A DNA stretch of 52,716 nt, taken from contig CALKJP010000007.1 in NCBI GenBank assembly GCA_937995645.1, positions 1-52,716 of the forward strand. Direction: 5' to 3'. Below are positions 7,550 to 17,764 of this stretch, piece after piece. The position numbers were made by a program, and so were the translations under genes. Origin of the DNA: an uncultured Bacteroidia bacterium (GTDB taxonomy: Bacteria; Bacteroidota; Bacteroidia; JACCXN01). Under the pieces are notes generated by a model, which searched no databases, was not told where the DNA came from, and saw only the letters and a program-made list of their open reading frames with translations. Every line of letters begins with the position of its first letter. The stretch's first letter is position 1.

Positions 7550-8947
7550 TTACTTTAAACTTCCAATCATATCTTCCGGCTTAACCCATTCATCAAACTG
7601 TTCGTTTGTCAATAATCCTAAGCCTATTGCTGCTTCACGCAGGGTTTTATTTTCTTTATGAGCTGTTTTAGCAATTTTTGCTGCATTTTCATAACCAATA
7701 TGTGGATTTAAAGCGGTAACCAGCATTAAAGAGTTTTCTAAATGTTTCTTAATCACCGGATAATTGGGCTCAATACCTTCAGCGCATTTATCATTAAAAG
7801 AAACACAAGCATCGCCAATTAATCGAGCAGATTGCAAAACATTAGCAGCAATTAAAGGCTTAAACACGTTTAATTCAAAATGTCCGTTTGAACCTCCAAC
7901 CGCAACTGCCATATCGTTACCAATTACCTGTGCGGCAACCATTGTCATTGCTTCCGGCTGGGTAGGATTAACCTTGCCCGGCATAATTGATGAGCCTGGT
8001 TCGTTATCAGGAATAATAATTTCTCCAATCCCACATCGTGGACCTGAACTAAGCATTCGGATATCATTTGCAATTTTCATTAGTGAAACTGCAACACGCT
8101 TAAATGCGCCTGAAAGTTCTACCATGGCATCGTGTGCGGCTAATGCTTCAAATTTATTGGGTGCTGTTACAAATGGGTATCCTGTAAATTCTGCAATTTT
8201 TTGTGCAACCAACTTATCATACCCTTTTGGTGTATTTAAACCTGTACCAACAGCGGTTCCTCCTAATGCTAATTCGCGCACCATTTCTAAGGCGTTTTTA
8301 ATTGCACGAATTCCATTATTTAATTGCTGTACGTAGCCTGAAAATTCCTGACCTAATGTAAGTGGTGTTGCATCCATAAAATGCGTACGACCTGTTTTAA
8401 CAATATTCATGTATTCTTTCGCTTTTTTATCAAGCGTGTTTCTTAGTTTTTCAATTCCCGGAATGGTATTTTCAACTGTTAGTTTATAAGCTGCAATATG
8501 CATTGCCGTTGGAAACGTATCGTTTGATGATTGCGATTTATTTACATCATCATTTGGATGTAAAACTTTTTTCTCATCCGTTAATTTTCCTCCTGATAAA
8601 ACATGCGCACGATATGCTATCACCTCATTTACATTCATATTTGATTGAGTACCCGAGCCGGTTTGCCAAATTACCAGTGGGAATTCACCATCTAATTTTC
8701 CTTCTAAAATTTCATCGCACACTTTGCTTATCAAATCTCTTTTATCGGCTGCCAATACTCCCAAATCGTGATTAGCATGTGCAGCGGCCTTCTTTAAGTA
8801 TGCAAATGCACGGATAATTTCCTTTGGCATGGATGCCTCTGGTCCAATTTTAAAATTGTTGCGAGAGCGTTCAGTTTGAGCCCCCCAATACTTGTCTGCG
8901 GGCACTTTTACTTCGCCCATGGTGTCACGTTCTATTCTGTAGTCCAT
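7550..8947 (-). CDS. fumC: Class II fumarate hydratase
   Basis: 465 aa. Signature [13 protein letters not shown], with typical FumC N- and C-terminal regions. Confidence 0.95.
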   Translation of the reverse strand: MDYRIERDTMGEVKVPADKYWGAQTERSRNNFKIGPEASMPKEIIRAFAYLKKAAAHANHDLGVLAADKRDLISKVCDEILEGKLDGEFPLVIWQTGSGTQSNMNVNEVIAYRAHVLSGGKLTDEKKVLHPNDDVNKSQSSNDTFPTAMHIAAYKLTVENTIPGIEKLRNTLDKKAKEYMNIVKTGRTHFMDATPLTLGQEFSGYVQQLNNGIRAIKNALEMVRELALGGTAVGTGLNTPKGYDKLVAQKIAEFTGYPFVTAPNKFEALAAHDAMVELSGAFKRVAVSLMKIANDIRMLSSGPRCGIGEIIIPDNEPGSSIMPGKVNPTQPEAMTMVAAQVIGNDMAVAVGGSNGHFELNVFKPLIAANVLQSARLIGDACVSFNDKCAEGIEPNYPVIKKHLENSLMLVTALNPHIGYENAAKIAKTAHKENKTLREAAIGLGLLTNEQFDEWVKPEDMIGSLK

Positions 8948-9036
8948 TTGTATGTAGTTTAGATTAATTGAAAATTTTGCGATAAATATCAGAAAAATTA
9001 CTAATTTCGACCGTTAAAATTTTAAACTTTTACACC

Positions 9037-9219
9037 ATGCAATTTTTAGGCTTTTTATTTTTCGTTGTTATTGCTTGTAGCATCTTTTTTACATTACTTT
9101 TTTTATCAACCTTTTTACCTTTTTGGGGAGCACTTCCTTTAATAGATAAGATAAGCCCTAAAACAATTGATGCTCTTTTAGAAGAAGAAAAAGACTACGA
9201 AGAGCGTCAGTTAAAATAA
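9037..9219 (+). CDS. Small hypothetical membrane protein
   Basis: 60 aa. Hydrophobic N-terminal part followed by a charged tail. There is no other support, and it overlaps the arsC-family stop by 9 nt. Confidence 0.3.
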   Translation: MQFLGFLFFVVIACSIFFTLLFLSTFLPFWGALPLIDKISPKTIDALLEEEKDYEERQLK

Positions 9220-9567
9220 CTGATTTATATTTTCCGGAGGGCGCCCGATAACAGCTTTGTTATTTCTAACAACAATCGGACGTTCAATCAATATTGGATT
9301 ATCGCATAATATTTTAATCCATTCCTCCTCATTAAGCTGAAGCCCTTTATAACGTTCCTTATAAAGGGCTTCATTTTTTCTAACAATATCTTCTGCTTTC
9401 AGATTTAATTTTGCTAAAATCTTTTTCAATTCTTCTTTTGTGGGTGGATTTTTTAAATATTCTACCACTTCAACATCCACATTTTTTTGCGATTCGATGA
9501 GTTTTAATGAATCTCTGCTTTTGCTGCAGCGCGGATTATGATAAATGGTAATTTTTGTTTTGCTCAT
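9211..9567 (-). CDS. ArsC family reductase (glutaredoxin-type arsenate reductase fold)
   Basis: 118 aa. ITIYHNPRCSKSR catalytic-Cys motif, plus NPILIERPIV. Confidence 0.8.
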   Translation of the reverse strand: MSKTKITIYHNPRCSKSRDSLKLIESQKNVDVEVVEYLKNPPTKEELKKILAKLNLKAEDIVRKNEALYKERYKGLQLNEEEWIKILCDNPILIERPIVVRNNKAVIGRPPENINQLF

Positions 9568-9593
9568 AAATTTAATGTTTAAACAATGATTAA

Positions 9594-10686
9594 TTAACTT
9601 TTCTTTCCGTATTCCATTAAATACGATTTTATAAACTCATCAATTTCGCCATCCATAACGGCTTGCACATTGGATGTTTCGTAATCAGTTCTTAAATCTT
9701 TTACTAATTTATAGGGATGAAAAACATAATTTCTGATTTGCGAACCCCACTCAATTTTTTTCTTTCCTGCCTCGATACTATCTATTGCTTCTCTGCGCTT
9801 GCGCAATTCTATTTCGTACAACTGCGATTTTAATAATTGAATAGCTCGTTCTTTATTATCTAACTGAGAACGTGTTTCTTGATTTTTAATGATGATACCA
9901 GATGGTTTATGGTATAAGCGAACTGCTGTTTCTACCTTGTTTACATTTTGCCCACCAGCACCTCCGGAGCGAAATGTTTCAAATTCTATATCGGCTGGAT
10001 TGATAGTGATTTCTATACTGTCATCAATTACAGGATACACGTACACCGAAGCAAAAGATGTATGTCGTTTTGCATTGGCATCGAAAGGTGAAATGCGCAC
10101 CAAACGATGTACGCCATTTTCTCCTTTTAAAAATCCATAAGCGTAATCGCCTTCAATTTCTATGGTGGCAGATTTTATTCCTGCTCCATCGCCTTCTTGA
10201 TAATCTACCTGCTTAATTTTATAACCATGTTTTTGTGCCCACATGGTGTACATACGAAGCAGCATATCAGCCCAATCTTGACTTTCGGTGCCGCCTGCTC
10301 CGGAATTTATTTCTAACACCGCACTAAGATGATCTTCTTCACTGCGCATCATGTTTTTAAACTCTATATCTTCGAGCAGTTTTTTCGCTTTTTCAAATTC
10401 TTTTTTTAGATCTTCTTCTGAGGCTTCCTTTTCTTTATAAAAATCATAGATTACCAAAAGGTCGTTAACGGCAGCTTCAACAGCAGCATATCCTTCGGTC
10501 CATACTTTTTTTGAGCGAATTTGTTTTAAAACTTGTTCTGCTTTTTTGGGATCATCCCAAAATCCGGGAGCTTGTGTTTTTTCTTCGAGATTGGCTATTT
10601 CTCTATTTAGTGTTTCGAGGTCAAAGATGCCCCCTTAGCGCTTCCTGGCGCTCTTTAATTTCTTTTATCTGATCGGAGGTTATCAT
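9594..10686 (-). CDS. prfB: Peptide chain release factor 2, requires programmed +1 frameshift
   Basis: Frame 0 runs 10686-10621 ([21 protein letters not shown]-stop). After a +1 shift at CTT TGA C, reading continues at 10622 in frame with the 9594-10457 ORF. SPF and GGQ motifs are present. Confidence 0.9.
10620..10635 (-). promoter_or_regulatory. prfB recoding site
   Basis: On the minus strand, AGGGGG CAT CTT TGA C: an SD-like element 3 nt before the slippery CTT, then an in-frame TGA followed by C. Confidence 0.85.
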
Positions 10687-10689
10687 TTT

Positions 10690-11118
10690 TTAATTTTTTG
10701 GGAAATTTATTTCATCTTTTACAATGTAGGCACTTGGAAAATCATTTCGTATTTCACGATATAATTTATAGGCTTCATAGCGCGTACGGAAATCGCCAAC
10801 TCTTACTTTAAAATTTGGGGCCTGATACACTAAATAACATGGAAAATCAGGCTTTTTAGCTAAAAACTGTGTTTTAACATCGTTTGCTTTTTTCTTCGAT
10901 TGATTTCCTGAATCAAAATAAATTTGAACACGATACCCATGAATTATTGGCTTAGTTTGATTTTGATTATTGTATTTTTCTATAAGCCATGTTACATCAT
11001 CATCCTGCACTACATAATCTCTCTTAATTTTAGGAATAATGATAGAGGTATCGCTTTGGGCAAAAAGTTCATTTACTCCAAGTATAATTATCAAAATATA
11101 AACTATGCGTAATAACAT
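10690..11118 (-). CDS. SPOR domain-containing protein
   Basis: 142 aa. N-terminal signal/anchor and a C-terminal SPOR-like YRVQI...FKVRVGDF...A segment. Its stop lies 3 nt before the prfB ATG. Confidence 0.7.
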   Translation of the reverse strand: MLLRIVYILIIILGVNELFAQSDTSIIIPKIKRDYVVQDDDVTWLIEKYNNQNQTKPIIHGYRVQIYFDSGNQSKKKANDVKTQFLAKKPDFPCYLVYQAPNFKVRVGDFRTRYEAYKLYREIRNDFPSAYIVKDEINFPKN

Positions 11119-11151
11119 GGTGCTAATTTAACACAAAATTTTGTGCCAGAA

Positions 11152-12126
11152 TTAATTATTTAACTCAGCGTATTCTTTAGCAAAATAGGTAAGAATAACA
11201 TCGGCTCCTGCTCTGCGGATTCCCAATAAACACTCTTGCATAGTTTTTTCTCCGTTTAACCAACCTTTTTCTGCTGCTGCTTTAATCATGGCGTACTCGC
11301 CACTTACATTATAGGCTGCAATGGGAAGATTAAAATTATCTTTCAACATTTTAATTATATCTAAATAAGCTAATGCAGGTTTTACCATTAAAAAATCTGC
11401 CCCTTCGGCTTCGTCCAATTCGGCTTCTATCAATGCTTCTCTTTTATTGGCAGGATTCATTTGATATGTTTTTTTATCGCCTGCTTTAGGAGCCGAATCT
11501 AAAGCATCTCTAAAGGGGCCGTAAAAACTGCTTGCATACTTGGCTGTGTATGCCATTATAGATACATTAGTAAATCCGTTATCATCTAAAATTGTACGAA
11601 TATATCCAACGCGTCCATCCATCATATCGCTTGGAGCTACCATATCAGCACCGGCCTGCGCCTGTGCCAAAGCCATATTTCCAAGAATTGTTAAGGTTTC
11701 ATCGTTTAAAATTTCTCCATTTTCAACAATTCCATCATGCCCATCAGAGCTATATGGGTCCATAGCTACATCGGTAATAATGCAAGTTTCAGGAAAATAT
11801 TTTTTTATTTCAGAAATGGTTTTAAGATAATAATTTTCTTTGCTGTAGCTGATTGTAGCAAACTTATCTTTTTTATTTTCTTCGAAATGCGGGAATGGTG
11901 CAAAGGATTTTATTCCCAAATTCATGCACGCTTCAATCTCTTTTAAAACTTCATCAGGCGAGAAACGGTATATTCCCGGCATAGAACTAATTTCTATTTT
12001 TTTATTGTTTCCTTCTGTTAGAAATAAGGGAAAAATTAGATTCTTCACACTTAAAGATGTTTCTTCAACCATATTGCGAATTACCTGCGATTTTCTGTTT
12101 CTGCGCGGACGATGTGGAATATTCAT
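11152..12126 (-). CDS. hemB: Porphobilinogen synthase
   Basis: 324 aa. Asp-rich metal site DVAMDPYSSDGHDG, and Schiff-base lysine regions (MVKPA, YNVSGEY). Confidence 0.95.
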   Translation of the reverse strand: MNIPHRPRRNRKSQVIRNMVEETSLSVKNLIFPLFLTEGNNKKIEISSMPGIYRFSPDEVLKEIEACMNLGIKSFAPFPHFEENKKDKFATISYSKENYYLKTISEIKKYFPETCIITDVAMDPYSSDGHDGIVENGEILNDETLTILGNMALAQAQAGADMVAPSDMMDGRVGYIRTILDDNGFTNVSIMAYTAKYASSFYGPFRDALDSAPKAGDKKTYQMNPANKREALIEAELDEAEGADFLMVKPALAYLDIIKMLKDNFNLPIAAYNVSGEYAMIKAAAEKGWLNGEKTMQECLLGIRRAGADVILTYFAKEYAELNN

Positions 12127-12161
12127 GATGATAGAAATTAATTGAGATTAACTTTACTAAA

Positions 12162-13736
12162 CTAAATACTCATAACTGCTTTTACTAGGCCTAAATCATC
12201 AAAGGATGGTGGTAAGGCATACCGTTTAACTCCTTTGTGCTCTAATGCTTTGCCGGTTGCACCACCCATGGCAATTACTTTTTGACTGTTTTTAATACTA
12301 TGTTTTTCAAAAAAAGCATCAACATTAGATGGACTTGTAAACAATAAAATATCTGCTTCCGGTAATTCGTCTGCCGGATGTTTTATTGTTTCATATACGG
12401 TAAGATCTATCACCTGCTCTATTTTTACAAATTGTTTTTGAATGCTACGTAAACTTCCTTTTGCCTGAGGGAACAATACTTTTTCGGTTCCTTTTACCAT
12501 AGTGGCAAACTTCTTTCCTATTAATTGTGTATCGGTTGAAGTTCCAATAAAATCGGCACGAAAACCATACTGACGCAATTCGTCTGACGTTCCTAAGCCA
12601 ACCACAGCAAACTTTATTTTCTTATCAGAATTAGATTTCCACTGATTGAAGAAATATTTTACTGCATGGCGGCTCGGGAAAAATACCCAATCAAAATCAG
12701 GAAATGCTTTTACATTTACCTGCTTTATTTCTATTAAAGAAATTCCATTAACTATATACTTGTGTTTTTCTAATAAATCAAAAAACACATCATTACTTCG
12801 TTTGTTTCGTGTAATAAAAACTCTTGCGGGTTGAATATTTTTAATTTTTTCTACCGCCTTTTGCGCCATTGTTTCAGGCGATTTCGCCTCCATGTAAATA
12901 TAGCATGGAGCAGCATCCCATGCTTTGGCTATTGATACATGTAATTTATAAATCAACTCTTCGTCTTCATTTTCTTCCGTAATACAATATGCTCCTAAAG
13001 GCATGTGACATCCGCCTTCAAACAAATTCAACACTTTTCTTTCGATAGCTATTGATGTTTGAACATCGGAATGATTTAGTTTTTGAAGCACATCAAAAAG
13101 TGCTTTATCACCTTCTCTGATTTGCAAAGCAAGAACGCCCTGAGCAGGTGCAGGAACAAAATCTTCGGGAGCAAGTTTTTCTACATGAAATTCATCCAAA
13201 GTAATATTTAAACGTTCCACTCCGGCTGCTGCCAGCATGATGGCGTCATAATTTCCATCTCTTAATTTTTGAATACGAGTAGGAACATTGCCTCGTAAAT
13301 CTTTTAGTTCAATATCATTTCTTAAGGCTAATAGCTGTGCTTTTCTGCGCGCTGAAGAAGTACCTATAATTGCATTTTTCTTGAGCATAAAACGCTGCTT
13401 AGTATCAACAGCATTTTTATTAATTAATAGAATTTCAGATGGGTCTTCGCGATAAGAAACCGCTGCAATAATTAATCCGGGGGGATTTTCTGTGGGTAAA
13501 TCTTTATGTGAATGAACGGCTAAATCAATTTCTTTATTAAGCAATGCATCTTCAATCTCTTTGGTGAAAAAACCTTTGCCTTCAAGCTTATCAAAGCTCA
13601 AGTGCTGAATTTTATCACCTTGTGTTTTTATAATTTTTATTTCGGCTTCTACTCCTATTTTCTTTAGTTCAGCCTGCACAAAATGCGCTTGCCATAGTGC
13701 CAATTCGCTTCCTCGAGAACCGATTATAATATTCAT
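12162..13736 (-). CDS. hemC: Fused hydroxymethylbilane synthase / uroporphyrinogen-III synthase
   Basis: Start moved to ATG 13736 (MNIIIGSRGSELALWQA). HemC cofactor Cys in EGGCHMPLGAY. The C-terminal ~220 aa are HemD-like. Confidence 0.85.
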   Translation of the reverse strand: MNIIIGSRGSELALWQAHFVQAELKKIGVEAEIKIIKTQGDKIQHLSFDKLEGKGFFTKEIEDALLNKEIDLAVHSHKDLPTENPPGLIIAAVSYREDPSEILLINKNAVDTKQRFMLKKNAIIGTSSARRKAQLLALRNDIELKDLRGNVPTRIQKLRDGNYDAIMLAAAGVERLNITLDEFHVEKLAPEDFVPAPAQGVLALQIREGDKALFDVLQKLNHSDVQTSIAIERKVLNLFEGGCHMPLGAYCITEENEDEELIYKLHVSIAKAWDAAPCYIYMEAKSPETMAQKAVEKIKNIQPARVFITRNKRSNDVFFDLLEKHKYIVNGISLIEIKQVNVKAFPDFDWVFFPSRHAVKYFFNQWKSNSDKKIKFAVVGLGTSDELRQYGFRADFIGTSTDTQLIGKKFATMVKGTEKVLFPQAKGSLRSIQKQFVKIEQVIDLTVYETIKHPADELPEADILLFTSPSNVDAFFEKHSIKNSQKVIAMGGATGKALEHKGVKRYALPPSFDDLGLVKAVMSI

Positions 13737-13787
13737 TTTGATTTTTTTATTTGTCATCCTTCGATTAATTGAGCATGACAAATGTGT

Positions 13788-15020
13788 TTAACGAGATGTT
13801 TTTTCTAACAAAATTTCTTTTGCCATTTTCATTGGAACGCTGATGTATTTCTTTTCCATATATGCCAATACTTTTTCCAATACTTCGCGTGAGTTATCAT
13901 CCAAGTTTTCAAGTTCCTTAGCAAACACGGTATTAATGGCTTTTAACTTTATCTCTTTTACTTTTTCAGGTACTGAGCTTAAAGCTAATTCCAACTGTCG
14001 CTCTTTAACTATTGCTCTGAATTCTTCAATTTTATTTTCAATAATGATATTACACTTATCAATTTCTTTCTGACGTTCTTTTAAATTTTCGCGTGCCACT
14101 TCCTGCAAATTATTTACAGCAATTAAATTAACATCGTAATTATTTAACACTTCTGCATCCAAATCATTAGGTACAGCAAGGTCGATAACAATTTTACGCT
14201 GCTTATCATCAGCCACCAGCGAGCGGTAAATGTCTAAAGTAATAACAGATTCTTCTGAAGCGGTACAGGTAACAATTACATCAAAGCCTTTATGATAATT
14301 TTTTAACTCTGACAAAGGAGCAGCTGTTCCGTTTAATTCTTTTGCCAATTTTTCGCCATTGGTAAGTGTACGGTTAAATACCATAAAGTTTACAAAACCA
14401 TGTTTTTTTAAGTACTTAGCCATGCTGGTATTGGTAATTCCTGCACCTATAATCAATATTCGTGCATCTAATGGTACATTCAAATCGCGCAATTTGCGAT
14501 AAGCTAATGAAACAACCGATACGGGGTTACGTGCAATATTTGTTTCTGTATAAATTTGCTTAGCAGTTTCTATTGTTTTTTTAATGGCTAAACGAATTAA
14601 ATCGCCTGTTATGTTATATTGACGGCATTTTTCGTACGCATTTCTAACTTGTGCTATTATTTCACGCTCACCAACTACCAATGAATCTAATGAAGTAGCT
14701 ACATGAAACAAATGGCGCATTGCTTCATCGCCACTATAAACCAGTGCTTTTTCGGCAGATGATTTTACAAATTCAGAATCCCAAATAGGATTAAACGTTT
14801 GTAAAAATTTTTTCAGATAGGCATTGTCTATTTCATCATTGGTAGCAAGTACAAACTCTACACGATTGCAAGTAGAGAGGTACAATAACTCAGAAAGATT
14901 CATAGCCTGCTTGAGCCAGACAAGACATTCCTTAAGGCGTTCATCAGCACAATAATAATTTCCTATTTCGTCAATCGAAACAGTTTTGTGTGTAAATGCT
15001 ATTACTTTAAGGTTTTTCAC
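13788..15020 (-). CDS. hemA: Glutamyl-tRNA reductase
   Basis: 410 aa with a GTG start. Catalytic-Cys motif STCNRVE and the NADPH site IIGAGITN. Confidence 0.9.
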   Translation of the reverse strand: MKNLKVIAFTHKTVSIDEIGNYYCADERLKECLVWLKQAMNLSELLYLSTCNRVEFVLATNDEIDNAYLKKFLQTFNPIWDSEFVKSSAEKALVYSGDEAMRHLFHVATSLDSLVVGEREIIAQVRNAYEKCRQYNITGDLIRLAIKKTIETAKQIYTETNIARNPVSVVSLAYRKLRDLNVPLDARILIIGAGITNTSMAKYLKKHGFVNFMVFNRTLTNGEKLAKELNGTAAPLSELKNYHKGFDVIVTCTASEESVITLDIYRSLVADDKQRKIVIDLAVPNDLDAEVLNNYDVNLIAVNNLQEVARENLKERQKEIDKCNIIIENKIEEFRAIVKERQLELALSSVPEKVKEIKLKAINTVFAKELENLDDNSREVLEKVLAYMEKKYISVPMKMAKEILLEKTSR

Positions 15021-15164
15021 AAAATCTTACAATACCTTTTTTGTGGTATCAAATTTCGCAATTTAAGCCCCTCAATTTGTCATAGAATTGTCAGAAGCGC
15101 TTTATTTAGAAGCTTTTTAAATTAGGCCGCACCTTGTTAGTGCTGATTTTCAATGTTTTTAAAT

Positions 15165-15190
15165 AAAAAACTGATTTTTCTCAGTTTTTT
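15165..15190 (-). terminator. Terminator after the TonB-dependent receptor gene
   Basis: 10-bp stem aaaaaactga / tcagtttttt with a 6-nt loop, and a T-run on the minus strand. Confidence 0.6.
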
Positions 15191-15207
15191 TACTGATGAA
15201 AATCAGG

Positions 15208-17679
15208 TTAAAAATCTATCTTATAGTAAAACAGTGGTAAGAATCCTAACTGATATTCTTCGCGAATTGGATTAGCTGCCGGGTTGCGTGGGTCAGGCGC
15301 ATAGGTTAGGGTTAAAATATTTTTTGTGTTTAAAACATTCACCAAGTCTAAACCAACTTCGTGCGTTACTTTTGGTCGGTTGCTGCGATAATTTATTTTT
15401 AAATCGGTTCTGAAATAATCTCTAAACTGACGGGCATTGGTAAATTTATCCACAAATACAATTTCGTTAGCAGCCATAGTAGCCTGCAAATCTACAGGGC
15501 CATAGCGTCTTCCACCTGCCCAGGTTGTTTTATTTCCTAAAGAAATTATTCCATGTTCTGAAACCTTAAATTCTTTTCCAATTAAAAAGTTGCTTACAAA
15601 ATTTCCATTAAAATCGGTATCACGCCACACATTATCGCTGCCTCTGTATTTACTTTGATACAAGGAAACGGTGGTTAAAAAGAAAAATGATTTACTGAAA
15701 AAACGTTCTAAGGTAAATTCCACACCATAATTTTCTCCTGTTCCAGTATTCGCTAAATTAGTTGGAAATAATCTTGAAAACCCTGTTCCGGAATTTACCA
15801 TTGAAAAAGCAGAAGTTCTTGTTTCTACGGGCACATTAAATAAGTTTTGATAATACACTTCCGTACGGAAGCGCATTGCTTTTCCTAAGGATAAATCGTA
15901 GGCTAATACATAATGATGACTTCTGGTAAAACCAATATTTCTGTTATGTCTTACATAGCCACCGTCAGGACTTTCTAAATGATGATAATAAATATATAAT
16001 GGCTGCATTTGGCTATGCAAACCATATCCAAGACTTAATGCCTGTCGTGGTGCAAAATCCCAACGCATTCCGAAACGCGGTTCAATAGCATTTGAATTAT
16101 TTAAAAAAAATTGCTGTGCATGCAATCCGGTATTCAATGTTAAAACATCGGTTATTTTATATTTCCACTGAACAAAAGCCTGAGCAAAATAGGTTTCGTC
16201 TTTTGCGTCAATTCGATTAACAAAGCGATTGAGCGATGTATTAAATACCGTATCAATATAATTTACATAAAAACGCTCGGCTATAATTCCTGTTTTTAAT
16301 GAGTGTTGTGCATTAAATTTATGTGTAACGGTATATACCGCTGATTGCTTTGACTGTTGCAGATTATAGCCTAAAATTTGTTTTAAAGAATCAACTTTAA
16401 AATCGCTGTTCCAATATACTTTATCGTGATGTGCTGTTGATTGATTGTAAGATTGTGCGATAACTAATTTTGAAAATGTTTTACTTCCTAATGTTGTAGT
16501 GTAAGTCATACCCACCACTCCCATATTGGTAGAAAAATACTGATCGCGGTCTTTATCGCCATATAATTCTTCCTGCGGATTTTCGTACTTGCTTACTAAA
16601 ATATCAATATTACTTAACCCTCCAAATCCCCAAAAAGAAAGAGCTCCTTTCTTTGTCGGGAAATTTAATTTAAAAGCTCCGTCTTGATAATTTGGTACCG
16701 CTGATGTACCAATTTTAATATTCAAAAACTCAAACAACTTGAGTGTAGAATAGCGATAATTTATTAAAAAAGATGAACCGTTTTTTCTGGAGATGGGACC
16801 TTCGGAAGTAAGCTCTGTACCAAGAAAACCAAACTGTCCGGTGTATTCGTATTTTTCATTGTTTCCGTTTCTAAAGCGTACATCAAAAACTCCGGAAACC
16901 GTATTGCCATATTCGGCAGGAAAAGCGCCCGTCATAAAATCAGAGTTAGCAATAACCTTATTATTTAATATACTAACGGGGCCACCTGTAGTTCCTGCCA
17001 CTGCAAAGTGATTCGGGTTAGGCACATCAACCCCTTCTACTCGCCAAAGTGTACCAAGCGGAGAATTTCCGCGCACTACAATATCATTACGCGAATCATC
17101 TGAACCCTGCACTCCTGCAAAGTTAGAAGCCATACGTGCAGGGTCGCCTCGGCTTCCTGCATAACGCTCTGTTTCTTCTACATCAAAGGCGCGCACACTT
17201 ACTGTTGCCATTTCATTTATAGGCTGATCTTTTTTTGTTGCAGTAATTTCTATTTCCTTTAGAGATGCAACCGATTCTTCCAGCTCTATTGTTAATACCA
17301 ATTCTTTAGCTGATGAAACGATAACATTAGAAAGCGTTTGCTCTTTATATCCAATAAAAGAAACACGAATACTCTGACGACCCACAGGCACATTTTCTAA
17401 TCTAAAACTTCCGTTTTCGTCTGTTGCAACTCCTCTTTTATTTATCGAATCACTTAATAGAATGACAGATGCTCCGGGAAGAGTTACTTTGGTTTCTTTA
17501 TCCAACACTTTTCCTCTTATGGTTTGCGTAACCTGCGCATGAAGATTTAGAGAAAAGACAAAAGATAAAAGACAAAAGAGTAGAGAGAAGTTAGTAGTGA
17601 GATGTAGGCAGAGAGTTTGTATAAAGGATAAAGGATGAAATTCAAAAGATTTTATGGAATGGTTTTTAAGGGTTTGCAT
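15208..17679 (-). CDS. TonB-dependent receptor-like outer membrane protein with a carboxypeptidase-regulatory-like domain
   Basis: 823 aa. IRGKVLDKETKVTLPGASVIL (CarboxypepD_reg-like), plug-like RGNSPLGTLWRVEGVDVPNPNHF, and a beta-barrel ending YKIDF. The leader is unusually long, about 49 aa. Confidence 0.8.
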   Translation of the reverse strand: MQTLKNHSIKSFEFHPLSFIQTLCLHLTTNFSLLFCLLSFVFSLNLHAQVTQTIRGKVLDKETKVTLPGASVILLSDSINKRGVATDENGSFRLENVPVGRQSIRVSFIGYKEQTLSNVIVSSAKELVLTIELEESVASLKEIEITATKKDQPINEMATVSVRAFDVEETERYAGSRGDPARMASNFAGVQGSDDSRNDIVVRGNSPLGTLWRVEGVDVPNPNHFAVAGTTGGPVSILNNKVIANSDFMTGAFPAEYGNTVSGVFDVRFRNGNNEKYEYTGQFGFLGTELTSEGPISRKNGSSFLINYRYSTLKLFEFLNIKIGTSAVPNYQDGAFKLNFPTKKGALSFWGFGGLSNIDILVSKYENPQEELYGDKDRDQYFSTNMGVVGMTYTTTLGSKTFSKLVIAQSYNQSTAHHDKVYWNSDFKVDSLKQILGYNLQQSKQSAVYTVTHKFNAQHSLKTGIIAERFYVNYIDTVFNTSLNRFVNRIDAKDETYFAQAFVQWKYKITDVLTLNTGLHAQQFFLNNSNAIEPRFGMRWDFAPRQALSLGYGLHSQMQPLYIYYHHLESPDGGYVRHNRNIGFTRSHHYVLAYDLSLGKAMRFRTEVYYQNLFNVPVETRTSAFSMVNSGTGFSRLFPTNLANTGTGENYGVEFTLERFFSKSFFFLTTVSLYQSKYRGSDNVWRDTDFNGNFVSNFLIGKEFKVSEHGIISLGNKTTWAGGRRYGPVDLQATMAANEIVFVDKFTNARQFRDYFRTDLKINYRSNRPKVTHEVGLDLVNVLNTKNILTLTYAPDPRNPAANPIREEYQLGFLPLFYYKIDF
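17553..17580 (-). repeat. Four tandem heptanucleotide repeats inside the signal-peptide coding region
   Basis: Plus strand reads aaaagac aaaagat aaaagac aaaagag, which encodes LLFCLLSFVFSL on the minus strand. Confidence 0.8.
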
Positions 17680-17716
17680 GTGCCTGAAATTAAAGAACTA
17701 AGGTAAATAATATAAA

Positions 17717-17742
17717 ATAAAAAAGCCCAATTTTGCTGGGCT
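17717..17742 (-). terminator. Terminator after the PorP/SprF gene
   Basis: 6-bp GC-rich stem agccca / tgggct followed by T6 on the minus strand. Confidence 0.5.
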
Positions 17743-17764
17743 ATACTTAATTAAAAGCAACTTT

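Noticed and set aside
7764-8336. The 190-aa antisense ORF inside fumC, and similar antisense or alternate-frame ORFs inside mrp, the S46 peptidase, prfB, hemB, hemCD, hemA, both TonB-dependent receptors, the M43 protease, ktrA, the PLP enzyme, the O-antigen ligase-like gene, the S41 protease, rlmN and the 537-aa protein.
   Set aside because: Each lies entirely within a gene with strong motif support on the other strand or frame. None has a recognisable motif, and all have low-complexity or skewed composition.
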